Of a DNA stretch of 64,000 nt, positions 53,455-61,423 are shown in pieces. Position 1 is the stretch's first letter, and every line of letters begins with the position of its first letter. This DNA is from an uncultured Isosphaeraceae bacterium (lineage in GTDB: Bacteria; Planctomycetota; Phycisphaerae; Phycisphaerales; SM1A02). The position numbers and the translations under genes are program-made. Under the pieces are notes generated by a model, which saw only the letters and a program-made list of their open reading frames with translations, had not been told where the DNA came from and made no database searches. The DNA is taken from the NCBI GenBank assembly GCA_964638815.1, contig CAZXBB010000319.1, positions 8,164 through 72,163 of the forward strand, in the 5' to 3' direction.

Positions 53455-55324
53455 CAACCCATTCGCCGCGGCGGCCGCGCCGACCCTGACGAGCCCGCGC
53501 TCCGCGCCGCGCGAACGCACGGGGTCGTTCGAGCGGACGCTCGCGGACGCCGCGAAGGCGTCTCCCCGCCACGACGAGACCCGTTCGAAGGCGGCCGAGG
53601 CGGAGTCGCGGCGTCGGGCCGAGAACGAAACCGATCGCGCTGCGCCCGACTCCGGGCGTGACGACGCCGCGGTCGCGGCGACGCCGGCAAGCGACGCGGC
53701 GGACGCGCCGCCGAGCGCGACGGCCGCGGACGGCGACGCGACGCCGACGCCGCTTTCAGCGCGGCCGGACGCGCAACCCGCAGCGCCGCCGGCGCAATCG
53801 CTGCCGAACGCGGACGCCGCGCCGCGCGCCGCCGACTTGCCGAGTCAGGCGAATCAGGCGAACCACGCGAATCAGGCGAGTCACGCGAATCAGGTGCATC
53901 AGGTGAATCAGGCGAATCTCGGCGCCGGGCCGGCGACCACCGCTCAGCCGTCCTCCACCGGCGCCGCGTCCGCGGTGCGGTCGCTCGCGGACGCGTCGAA
54001 CGCCGGCGGGACTTCGGCCGGGCCCGCCGCGCCGTCGCCGGCTTCGTCCGGTGCCGTCGCCCCGGGCGCCGCGGCGACACCGGATCAAGCTGCGACACCG
54101 CCGGTCGGGTCCGCGCCGTCGGTGGCGACCCAGCGTGCGGACGGCGCCGGCCGCGACGCGAGCGACGCCCGGCCCGCGGAGACGCTTCGCCCCGGGTCCT
54201 CGACCGGGCCGACGCCAGGGGACACAGGATCGCGCGCCGCGTCTCCCGTCAATCCGGTTCCCGGTGCGGGCGCGAGCGCGGGTCCGGAGCCGGGTGCGGG
54301 CCCGAGCCCGAATCCCGACGCGAGCGCGGCTGCTTCGTCCGCGCCGGCGACCGGCTCCGATCGGCCCGCGCCGGACGCGGCCCCGCGTCAGCCCGTGACG
54401 CCGGACGCGGCGAGCCGCGTCGCGTCAACCGCCCCCGAAGCGCCGTCGCCGCGTTCGACGCCGACGCCGGCGCCGGGCACGACGTCCGCCGGCGCTGCCG
54501 CATCGACGGTCGGGAGCGCGCCCGCGAGCGCCCGCGACGCGGGCGGCGGCGATGAGCAATCGACCCCGCGTCGCGAGGGATCGCGCGGATCGGGCGCGTT
54601 CCGGTTCGCGGACGGCCCGAGCGCCGGACTCTCGCCGGCCGCGGCCCGCGCCGTGCAGGTCGAGGCGGCCGTGCAACTGGCGAACCTCGCGGGCGCGGCG
54701 ACGGGAACCGAGCCGCTGGGACCGTCCCTCGGCGCGACGGCGAACGTCACGAGCGCGCTGGCCGGCGGTCTGCGCGGCGAGACGGTCGAGCCGCTGCTGT
54801 CGTCCTCGTCCTCGCCCTCGACGAACGGCGCCGCCGCCCTCACGAGCCGCGTCGTCCGCGGTCTCGCGACGATGGTCAACCAGCACGGCGGCGTGATGAA
54901 CATGCGACTCACGCCGCCTGAGCTCGGCGCGCTGCGCGTCCAGATGAGCATCGTGCAGGGAACGGTCACGGCCGACTTCACGGCGAGCAGCGAGCAGGCA
55001 CAGGCCGTCCTGAGCCGGAGTCTCGGTCTGCTGCGCGGCGCGCTTGAGAGCCACGGGTTGCACGTCGAGCGGCTGGCCGTCCACGTCGCGCCTCCAGCCG
55101 ATGCCGGCCAGGGTGCGCGCCACGAGGGCGGGGACCAGGCGAACCAGGATCATGCGCAACGCCATTCGCACGACGCCGCCCGGGAGGAGAGCCGTGGGCG
55201 TCGCGACGGGGCCGACCGCCAGCCGAGCTGGCGTCGCGCCGCGACGGCCGGGTTCAGCGCCGATCTCGAAGCGCTGACGGCGGCCGCTACTGACCTCGAA
55301 ACCGCAGGAGCCTCCGCACCATGA
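53426..55324 (+). CDS. fliK: flagellar hook-length control protein FliK
   Basis: The N-terminal ~450 aa are a long Ala/Pro/Ser/Thr-rich, low-complexity region. The C-terminal Flg_hook domain reads ...MNMRLTPPELGALRVQMSIVQGTVTADFTASSEQAQAVL. The start is uncertain (GTG 53399 or ATG 53426). Confidence 0.8.
   Translation: MPTPLRIPADNPFAAAAAPTLTSPRSAPRERTGSFERTLADAAKASPRHDETRSKAAEAESRRRAENETDRAAPDSGRDDAAVAATPASDAADAPPSATAADGDATPTPLSARPDAQPAAPPAQSLPNADAAPRAADLPSQANQANHANQASHANQVHQVNQANLGAGPATTAQPSSTGAASAVRSLADASNAGGTSAGPAAPSPASSGAVAPGAAATPDQAATPPVGSAPSVATQRADGAGRDASDARPAETLRPGSSTGPTPGDTGSRAASPVNPVPGAGASAGPEPGAGPSPNPDASAAASSAPATGSDRPAPDAAPRQPVTPDAASRVASTAPEAPSPRSTPTPAPGTTSAGAAASTVGSAPASARDAGGGDEQSTPRREGSRGSGAFRFADGPSAGLSPAAARAVQVEAAVQLANLAGAATGTEPLGPSLGATANVTSALAGGLRGETVEPLLSSSSSPSTNGAAALTSRVVRGLATMVNQHGGVMNMRLTPPELGALRVQMSIVQGTVTADFTASSEQAQAVLSRSLGLLRGALESHGLHVERLAVHVAPPADAGQGARHEGGDQANQDHAQRHSHDAAREESRGRRDGADRQPSWRRAATAGFSADLEALTAAATDLETAGASAP
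53846..53917 (+). repeat. in-frame 9-bp repeat (caggcgaat x8) encoding (QAN)-like triplets in FliK
   Basis: Encodes QANQANHANQASHANQVHQVNQAN. Confidence 0.9.
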
Positions 55325-55770
55325 GCCAGATCTCAGGCGCCACTTCCGTCGATCTCGCCGTCAACGGCACGTCCGCCAACCGGTTCAGCGAGCTGGAGTC
55401 GGAGGACTTCCTTCGGATCATCTTCACCGAGCTGACGAACCAGGATCCGCTCCAGCCGAACGACACGTCCGCGCTGCTCGAGCAGCTCAACTCGATCCGG
55501 TCGATCGAGTCGGACATCCAGCTCACGAACCAGCTCGAGGCGCTGGTGACCGAGAACCAGCTCGCGTCGGCGAGCAATCTCCTCGGGAAGCTGGTCACCG
55601 GGCGGTCCGAGAGCCTCGACGCGGTCGCCGGCAAGGTCGTCGCCGTGCGGCGACAGGGCGACGAGATCAACCTCGAGCTCGAGGACGGCACCATCATGCC
55701 GTTCACCAACGTCGAGTCGGTCGTCGATCCGAACGCGCCCGGATCCCAGGGGAGCGCGCTGCCCGGTTGA
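55321..55770 (+). CDS. flgD: flagellar hook capping/assembly protein FlgD
   Basis: ...DFLRIIFTELTNQDPLQPNDTSALLEQLNSIRSIES...; ATGA overlap with fliK. Confidence 0.9.
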   Translation: MSQISGATSVDLAVNGTSANRFSELESEDFLRIIFTELTNQDPLQPNDTSALLEQLNSIRSIESDIQLTNQLEALVTENQLASASNLLGKLVTGRSESLDAVAGKVVAVRRQGDEINLELEDGTIMPFTNVESVVDPNAPGSQGSALPG

Positions 55771-55772
55771 CC

Positions 55773-56285
55773 ATGATGCCCATGATGAGCATGATGACGA
55801 TTGACCCCGTCCAGCTACTGCGCAAGCTCGAGCCCGCCGTGCGTCCCGCGAGCGCCCCGGCGCGGATCCGCGAGGGGGCCACGCCGTTCGAGCGGAAGGG
55901 CTTCGACGAGCTTCTCGCGCTGGTCTCCGCCGGCGCGCTGACGGACGGACCGCCCGTGCGGACGGCGCCGCACGTCGGGCTCGACGAGCCGCTGACGCCC
56001 GGGCAGCTCGATCGGCTCGCCGCCGCGGCGAACGTGGCCGCCGGCGCCGGTGCGGAGCGGGCGGTGATGCTCATCGACGGACGCGGGCTCGTGCTCGACG
56101 TCGCGGCGCGCACCATCACGGCCGAATTGACCGACGCCGCCGAGCATGAGCTCGTCGAGCTCGACGCGGCCGTGTACGTGGCCTCGACCGATGCCGGACC
56201 GCGCCGGGCGGGCGCCCCGCCGCCGCCGGGCACCGGGCTCGTACCGCCGGGGATCGCGAAGTACTTCGAATCAGCAACGAACTAG
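55773..56285 (+). CDS. hypothetical flagellar-operon protein between flgD and flgE
   Basis: The first ATG of track ORF 55767..56285 (TTG) gives the Met-rich N-terminus MMPMMSMMTIDP. The position matches the small 'flagellar operon protein' found between flgD and flgE in some Firmicutes and spirochaetes. Homology not verified. Confidence 0.5.
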   Translation: MMPMMSMMTIDPVQLLRKLEPAVRPASAPARIREGATPFERKGFDELLALVSAGALTDGPPVRTAPHVGLDEPLTPGQLDRLAAAANVAAGAGAERAVMLIDGRGLVLDVAARTITAELTDAAEHELVELDAAVYVASTDAGPRRAGAPPPPGTGLVPPGIAKYFESATN

Positions 56286-56340
56286 GACGAAACGCCGCCG
56301 GCCTCGCGCCGGACGGGCAGACCGAACACGAGGACCTCCC

Positions 56341-58134
56341 ATGGCTTCCACCACCGCCCTCTTCACCGGACTCTCCGGCCTCGCCACGAACGCGGCACGG
56401 CTCGACGTCATCGGCAACAACATCGCGAACGTGAACACGCACGCGTACAAGGGAGCGCGCATGACGATGGTGCCGACGTTCAGCCGGAACTTCGGCCTCG
56501 GCACGTCGCCGAGCGCCTCGACCGGCGGCACGAACCCGGCGCAGGTCGGTCTCGGCGCCCAGATCGGCGGGACGCAGCGGAACTTCAACAACGGCTCCAT
56601 CAGCGGCACCGGGGTCCTCACCGACGTCGCGATCGAGGGCGACGGCTTCTTCATCGTGGAGCAGGCGGGCGAGCGGATGTTCACGCGGTCCGGAGCGTTC
56701 CAGCTCAACGAGCGCAACGACCTCGTGAGCGTGCCCGGCGCGCGCGTCCAGGGCTATGCCGTGGACGCGCAGTTCAACATCATCGAGGGCAACCTCGTGG
56801 ACCTGAACGTTCCCGTCGGCACACTGACGCTCGCGGAAGCGTCGCGCAACGTCGTGATGAGCGGCAACCTGAACGCGTCGGGACCGCTGCCGACGGCGGG
56901 ATCGTCGCACGTGAGCCGCGGGTTCTTTCGCGACGCGGGGCCCCCGTTCCTGATGCCGGAGGATGGAACGCTCGACCTGACGGTTCCGGGCAACAACCTC
57001 TACATCGACGACGGAGCGGGCGGCAACTTCCTCGCGCTCGAAGGCGGCCTCGACGCCGTCCTGACCTTCCAGGGCGTCGAGAAGGGCGGCAAGGACCTCG
57101 GCACGAAGACCTTCGGCTTCACGGACTCCGCGACGGCGGCGACGCTCGGTCTCGACGCCTTCGGATCAACCCTGAGCGACCTCATGACATTCCTCGACCA
57201 GGCGATGGGCCTCGACAACTCGATGCTGCCGCCGAGCAACCACGCCCTCGGCGGCGGCGTTGCGATCGACGGCTTGACCGGCGTGATCACGATCACCGGC
57301 AACGAGGGCACGGTGCAGGACCTGACCGTCGAGAGCGCCGACCTCGTCGTCACCTACGCAGGCGGCCCGTCGACGGCGATCAACCAGCCGTTCGTGATGA
57401 GCAAGACCAACGCGGCGGACGGCGAGTCGGTGCGGACGAGCTTCGTCGTCTACGACACGCTGGGCACGCCGCTCACCGTGGACCTCTCGATCGTGCTCCA
57501 GGAGACGATCCCCGGCCAGGGCACGCTCTGGGAGTACATCGCGGAATCGACGGACAACGCGGCGATCGAGCGCGTGATCGGTCTCGGCGTGCTCGAGATG
57601 GACGCCAACGGACAGTTCGTCTCCGCCACGAACTCGGCGTTCTCGATCGCCCGTGACAACGGTGCGGTCACGCCGCTCACGGTCCAGATGGATTTCAACA
57701 GCGGGACGGAAGCGATCACCTCGCTCACGGACAGCGCGAGCACGCTGGCGTCGGTGTTCCAGGACGGCTCGCCGATCGGCACGCTGAGCAGCTTCTCCAT
57801 CGGCGAGGACGGCGTCATCTCGGGCTCGTTCACGAACGGCCTCACTCGCAACGTCGGCCAGATCGCGCTCGCGAAGTTCGCCAACCCCGGCGGCCTGATC
57901 GATCTCGGCAGCGGGCGCTTCAACGTCGGCCCGAACTCCGGCGACGCGATCATCACGAAGGCGTTCCAGTTCGGCACCGGTCGCGTCATCGGCGGTGCGC
58001 TCGAGCTCTCCAACGTGGACCTGTCGCAGGAGTTCATCGGGATGATCCTGGCGTCAACGGGCTACTCCGCGTCGAGTCGGGTCATCACGACGACCAACGA
58101 GCTGATCGATCAGTTGCTGCTGCTCGGGCGGTAG
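56341..58134 (+). CDS. flgE: flagellar hook protein FlgE
   Basis: The internal ATG of track ORF 56146..58134 gives MASTTALFTGLSGLATNAARLDVIGNNIANVNTHAYKG.... The C-terminus ...GALELSNVDLSQEFIGMILASTGYSASSRVITT carries the rod/hook signatures. Confidence 0.93.
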   Translation: MASTTALFTGLSGLATNAARLDVIGNNIANVNTHAYKGARMTMVPTFSRNFGLGTSPSASTGGTNPAQVGLGAQIGGTQRNFNNGSISGTGVLTDVAIEGDGFFIVEQAGERMFTRSGAFQLNERNDLVSVPGARVQGYAVDAQFNIIEGNLVDLNVPVGTLTLAEASRNVVMSGNLNASGPLPTAGSSHVSRGFFRDAGPPFLMPEDGTLDLTVPGNNLYIDDGAGGNFLALEGGLDAVLTFQGVEKGGKDLGTKTFGFTDSATAATLGLDAFGSTLSDLMTFLDQAMGLDNSMLPPSNHALGGGVAIDGLTGVITITGNEGTVQDLTVESADLVVTYAGGPSTAINQPFVMSKTNAADGESVRTSFVVYDTLGTPLTVDLSIVLQETIPGQGTLWEYIAESTDNAAIERVIGLGVLEMDANGQFVSATNSAFSIARDNGAVTPLTVQMDFNSGTEAITSLTDSASTLASVFQDGSPIGTLSSFSIGEDGVISGSFTNGLTRNVGQIALAKFANPGGLIDLGSGRFNVGPNSGDAIITKAFQFGTGRVIGGALELSNVDLSQEFIGMILASTGYSASSRVITTTNELIDQLLLLGR

Positions 58135-58140
58135 GCGGAA

Positions 58141-58202
58141 GGCACGCAGGGACAAGCACACGCAGGGACAAGGCACACGCAGGGACAAGGGCACGCAGGC
58201 AC
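58141..58202. repeat. 15-18-bp tandem repeat (gcac(ac)gcagggacaag x~3.7) abutting the flbD ATG
   Basis: ggcacgcagggacaa gcacacgcagggacaag gcacacgcagggacaagg gcacgcaggcac, then ATG at 58203. Confidence 0.9.
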
Positions 58203-58397
58203 ATGATCGCGCTCACTCGACTCAACGGGAAGCCCCTCGTCGTCAACGCCGAGCTGATTCGCTCGGTCGAGGAGAATCCCGACACCACGATCACGCTGAT
58301 CAACGGCGATCACGTGATCGTGCGCGAGACGATGGAGGAGATCGTGGCGAAGGCGATCGAGTACGGGCGGCACCTGAGGACCGCGTTCAGCTACTAG
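58203..58397 (+). CDS. flbD: flagellar protein FlbD
   Basis: MIALTRLNGKPLVVNAELIRSVEENPDTTITLINGDHVIVRETMEEIVAKAIEY is a 64-aa FlbD-family sequence. Confidence 0.85.
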   Translation: MIALTRLNGKPLVVNAELIRSVEENPDTTITLINGDHVIVRETMEEIVAKAIEYGRHLRTAFSY

Positions 58398-58413
58398 TCT
58401 TTAGCGACGAGCA

Positions 58414-59577
58414 CTAGCTCCGCGAGAACGTGACCCGTGTCATCATCAGCTCCAGCGTCTGGCACACGAGGTCGATCTCGCGCTCGGTGAGCCGGGTGAA
58501 GAACGGCAGGGCGATCGTGCGGTGGCTGACGGATTCCGCGATCGGGAAATCGCCGGGGCCGTAGCCGTACGCGCGGCGGTAATGGGGGAGGAGCGGGATC
58601 GCGGGGAAGTAGTTCGACGCGCCGACCTCGTGCCGGCGGAGGCCCTCGATGATCTCGTTGCGATCGTGCTCGGTGAAGCGGTCACTCAGCCGGACGACGT
58701 AGACGAACCAGCTCATGAACGTCTCGGGCTCGACGGTCGGCACCATGAGGTCGGAGCTGCCGATCAACCGCCGCGTATACGCCTCCGCGATGCGCTGTCG
58801 CGATTCGATCAATTCGTCGAGGCGGCGCGCCTGCGCCGCGCCGAGCGCCGCCGCCATCTCGCTCAGGCGGTAGTTGTACCCGAGGCGTTCGAAATCGAAC
58901 CACGAGCCGTGGTTGCCGCTCGCGTCCCCGCTGCCCGCCGCGCGTCCGTGGTTCCGCAGCGAGCGGCAGAGATTCGCGAGATGATCATCGTGGGTCACGA
59001 TCATGCCGCCCTCGCCGGTCGTGATCTGCTTGTTCGGGTAGAAGCCGAAGACGGCGACGCGCCCGAAGCTGCCGATGGCGTCGTTGCGATACCGTCCGCC
59101 GAGCCCCTCGCAGGCGTCCTCGACGAGCGGGATCTCGTACTTGTTCGAGAGCGCGGCGAGCTGCGTCATGCCCGCCGGGTTCCCGAAGACCTCGACGCCG
59201 ATGATGGCCCGGGTCCTGTCCGTGATCTTCGCCTCGGCGTCCTCGGGCCGCATGTTCAGCGTGCGCGGATCGCAGTCAACGAACACCGGCTTCGCGCCCA
59301 CGTAGAGGATGCAGTTCGCCGACGCGACGAAGCTGAACGCCGGCGTCAGCACCTCGTCGCCCGGGCCGATGCCGAGCGCTGCGAGGGCGAGATGTAGCCC
59401 CGCGGTCCCCGACGACACGGCGATCGCGTGCGGGCGTCCCGTGCGGCGGGCGACCAGCCGCTCGAATTCCTCGATCCGGGGGCCGATGCTGAGCCGGCCG
59501 CTGCGCAGCGTGCTGACGACGGCACGGACCTCGTGATCCGTGATGTCCGGAAGGCTGAGCGGAATCGATTCGGGCAC
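58414..59577 (-). CDS. DegT/DnrJ/EryC1/StrS-family PLP-dependent sugar aminotransferase
   Basis: GTG start with aaggggagg upstream. ...IPLSLPDITDHEV..., ...AVSSGTAGLHLAL..., ...SFYPNKQITTGEGGMIVT.... Confidence 0.9.
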   Translation of the reverse strand: MPESIPLSLPDITDHEVRAVVSTLRSGRLSIGPRIEEFERLVARRTGRPHAIAVSSGTAGLHLALAALGIGPGDEVLTPAFSFVASANCILYVGAKPVFVDCDPRTLNMRPEDAEAKITDRTRAIIGVEVFGNPAGMTQLAALSNKYEIPLVEDACEGLGGRYRNDAIGSFGRVAVFGFYPNKQITTGEGGMIVTHDDHLANLCRSLRNHGRAAGSGDASGNHGSWFDFERLGYNYRLSEMAAALGAAQARRLDELIESRQRIAEAYTRRLIGSSDLMVPTVEPETFMSWFVYVVRLSDRFTEHDRNEIIEGLRRHEVGASNYFPAIPLLPHYRRAYGYGPGDFPIAESVSHRTIALPFFTRLTEREIDLVCQTLELMMTRVTFSRS

Positions 59578-59593
59578 GGGGGCCTCCCCTTGG

Positions 59594-59814
59594 GTCGGTT
59601 GAGCTTTGTCGGTTGAGCTTTGTCGGTTGAGCCTGGGTCGGTTGAGCTTTGTCGGTTGAGCCTGGGTCGGTTGAGCCTGGGTCGGTTGAGCTTGGGTCGG
59701 ATGAGCCTGGGTCAGTCGAGCCTGGGTCAGTCGAGCCTGGGTCAGTCGAGCCTGGGTCAGTCGAGCCTGGGTCAGTCGAGCCTGGGTCAGTCGAGTCCTG
59801 TCAGTTCATACCTG
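59594..59814. repeat. tandem array of ~15 units of 14-15 bp in two sub-families (gtcggttgagc[ttt/ctgg] x8, then gtcagtcgagcctgg x6-7)
   Basis: Read directly from the sequence. It lies between the HEAT-repeat gene stop (59846) and the DegT RBS/start (59577). There are no unique spacers. Confidence 0.92.
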
Positions 59815-59845
59815 CCCGTTGTCACCTGTCAGACGCAAGAACCGG

Positions 59846-61351
59846 TCAACGGGCATCGATGTCGATCACCTGCTCGAGCGCCCGGTCGAGCGCACCCGTG
59901 TGCTTGAGGTAGAGCCAGGCCGCCTGGAGTTGGAGCCCTTCGGAGACGCGACCGCCCCCGGCGGCAATGCGGCCGAGCATTTCGAGGTCCGTCGGCGCCA
60001 GCGATTCCGCGTGACGGGCGATGAGGATCAGTGCGATCGAGTCCGCTCGTCCGGCGCCGATGCGACGCACGCCACGTGCCGCTTCGCCCGCGGCGGTCGA
60101 GCGCGACTCGAAGAGGCCAAGGAGAATGACCTCCTGGGCCAGGCTGTCGTCTCTCACGCGGGCGAGCCGACGCGCGACGAGGTCGGGATCGATCTCGAAG
60201 AGACGCGTCGCCGCTTCGACCGCGTGCGTGCTGCGCTCCGCCTGGCCGGGCTCCTCGCGTTCGACCGTTTCGAGCATGTGCAGGTACACCGGCGCGGACT
60301 GGTCCGGCGGCAGGTCGGCGAGGGCGGTCATGGCCCACCGCGTCGACGGGAGATGACCGAGGTCGATCAGCGCGCGCAGGGCGTCGGCGGGGTTCGCGCC
60401 CTCGCTCATGACGCGACCGGTCTCGGCGATGCACCGGAGCAGATCGTCGTCGGGCTTCAGGCGGTCGTACACGGACGCCGGGACGTCGCCCGCGGCGAGG
60501 AGGAGCAGACCGTACCGGACGCGATCGCGGTAGGCGGGCTCGTCGCCGAGGGCGCGGGCCCAGCAGCCGATCGCGTTCGGCGGGTCGAGGTCGACGATCG
60601 TGAGGACGGCACGGTAGCGCACCGCGTCGCTGAGCTGCGCGTCCTCGAGGAGACGACGCACCCAGGGGAGCGCCTCGCGAACCTCGAACTGGCGGATCGC
60701 CTCGAGCACGCCGAGCACGTGGCGATCGCGTTCCGGTCGCGGCACGCTGTCGAGCCGATCCGTGAAGGTGCTGAAAGGCGCGGCGTCGCCGAGCCGCGCC
60801 AGCAGGAGCGACGCAAGACCCGCGATGCGAAGCTGCGCGCTGCTCGCCAGCGGGGCAACGTCCGCCGGGTCCACGGTCTCCTCGAGCAGGATGAGCTCGC
60901 CGATGAGCAGCAGTCGCGAGAGCGGCGGGAGCTCCTGCCATCGCAGCAGCTCCGGGATCTGATCGCGTCCGAGGAGATCCATGTCGATCGCGTTCGCGAT
61001 CAGCGCCTCGCCCGCTTCGTGCTCGAGCTGCGTCACGAGCCACGGATCGATGTGATGCGGGTCGCGTATCTCCGCAAGGCCGAGAATGGCGTGGACCTGC
61101 ACCTGCCAGTCGCCGTCGTGCACGAGACGCAGGAGCAACGGCTCGAGTGACGGATCCTTGAGCTGCCGAAGCGCGAAGAGCCGCGACAGGTGCGAGCCGT
61201 CCCGCTGCGGCACCACGGCGCGCCGGAGATTGCGTACGGCGGCCTCGTGCAGCTCGGCGGGCGACTGCGCACGGGCGGGGGCGGTCATGACCGCGCCGAG
61301 GGCGACGAGCGCCACGATCGGGAGCCGGAAGGAGCCTCGCCTTCGTCGCAT
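59846..61351 (-). CDS. secreted HEAT/armadillo-like repeat protein
   Basis: Signal peptide MRRRRGSFRLPIVALVALGAVMTAPARAQ, then repeated ...L..L.D....VR..A...L... helical units. Confidence 0.7.
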   Translation of the reverse strand: MRRRRGSFRLPIVALVALGAVMTAPARAQSPAELHEAAVRNLRRAVVPQRDGSHLSRLFALRQLKDPSLEPLLLRLVHDGDWQVQVHAILGLAEIRDPHHIDPWLVTQLEHEAGEALIANAIDMDLLGRDQIPELLRWQELPPLSRLLLIGELILLEETVDPADVAPLASSAQLRIAGLASLLLARLGDAAPFSTFTDRLDSVPRPERDRHVLGVLEAIRQFEVREALPWVRRLLEDAQLSDAVRYRAVLTIVDLDPPNAIGCWARALGDEPAYRDRVRYGLLLLAAGDVPASVYDRLKPDDDLLRCIAETGRVMSEGANPADALRALIDLGHLPSTRWAMTALADLPPDQSAPVYLHMLETVEREEPGQAERSTHAVEAATRLFEIDPDLVARRLARVRDDSLAQEVILLGLFESRSTAAGEAARGVRRIGAGRADSIALILIARHAESLAPTDLEMLGRIAAGGGRVSEGLQLQAAWLYLKHTGALDRALEQVIDIDAR

Positions 61352-61423
61352 CGGGCCAGTGTACCGCGCCGTGGGCGAGGCGACAGCGGCAAGCCGCGCG
61401 CCCGCACAGGGTGGCGTTGCCGA

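Noticed and set aside
59594-59814. The 14-15-bp array considered as a possible CRISPR array.
   Set aside because: The units are directly adjacent with no unique spacers, the unit length is far below CRISPR repeat size, and there are no cas genes in the window.
59620-59912. Plus-strand ORFs translating the array as (LSLGR)n / (SVEPG)n peptides.
   Set aside because: They exist only because the repeat lacks stops. They run antisense into the 3' end of the HEAT-repeat gene and have no RBS or promoter context.
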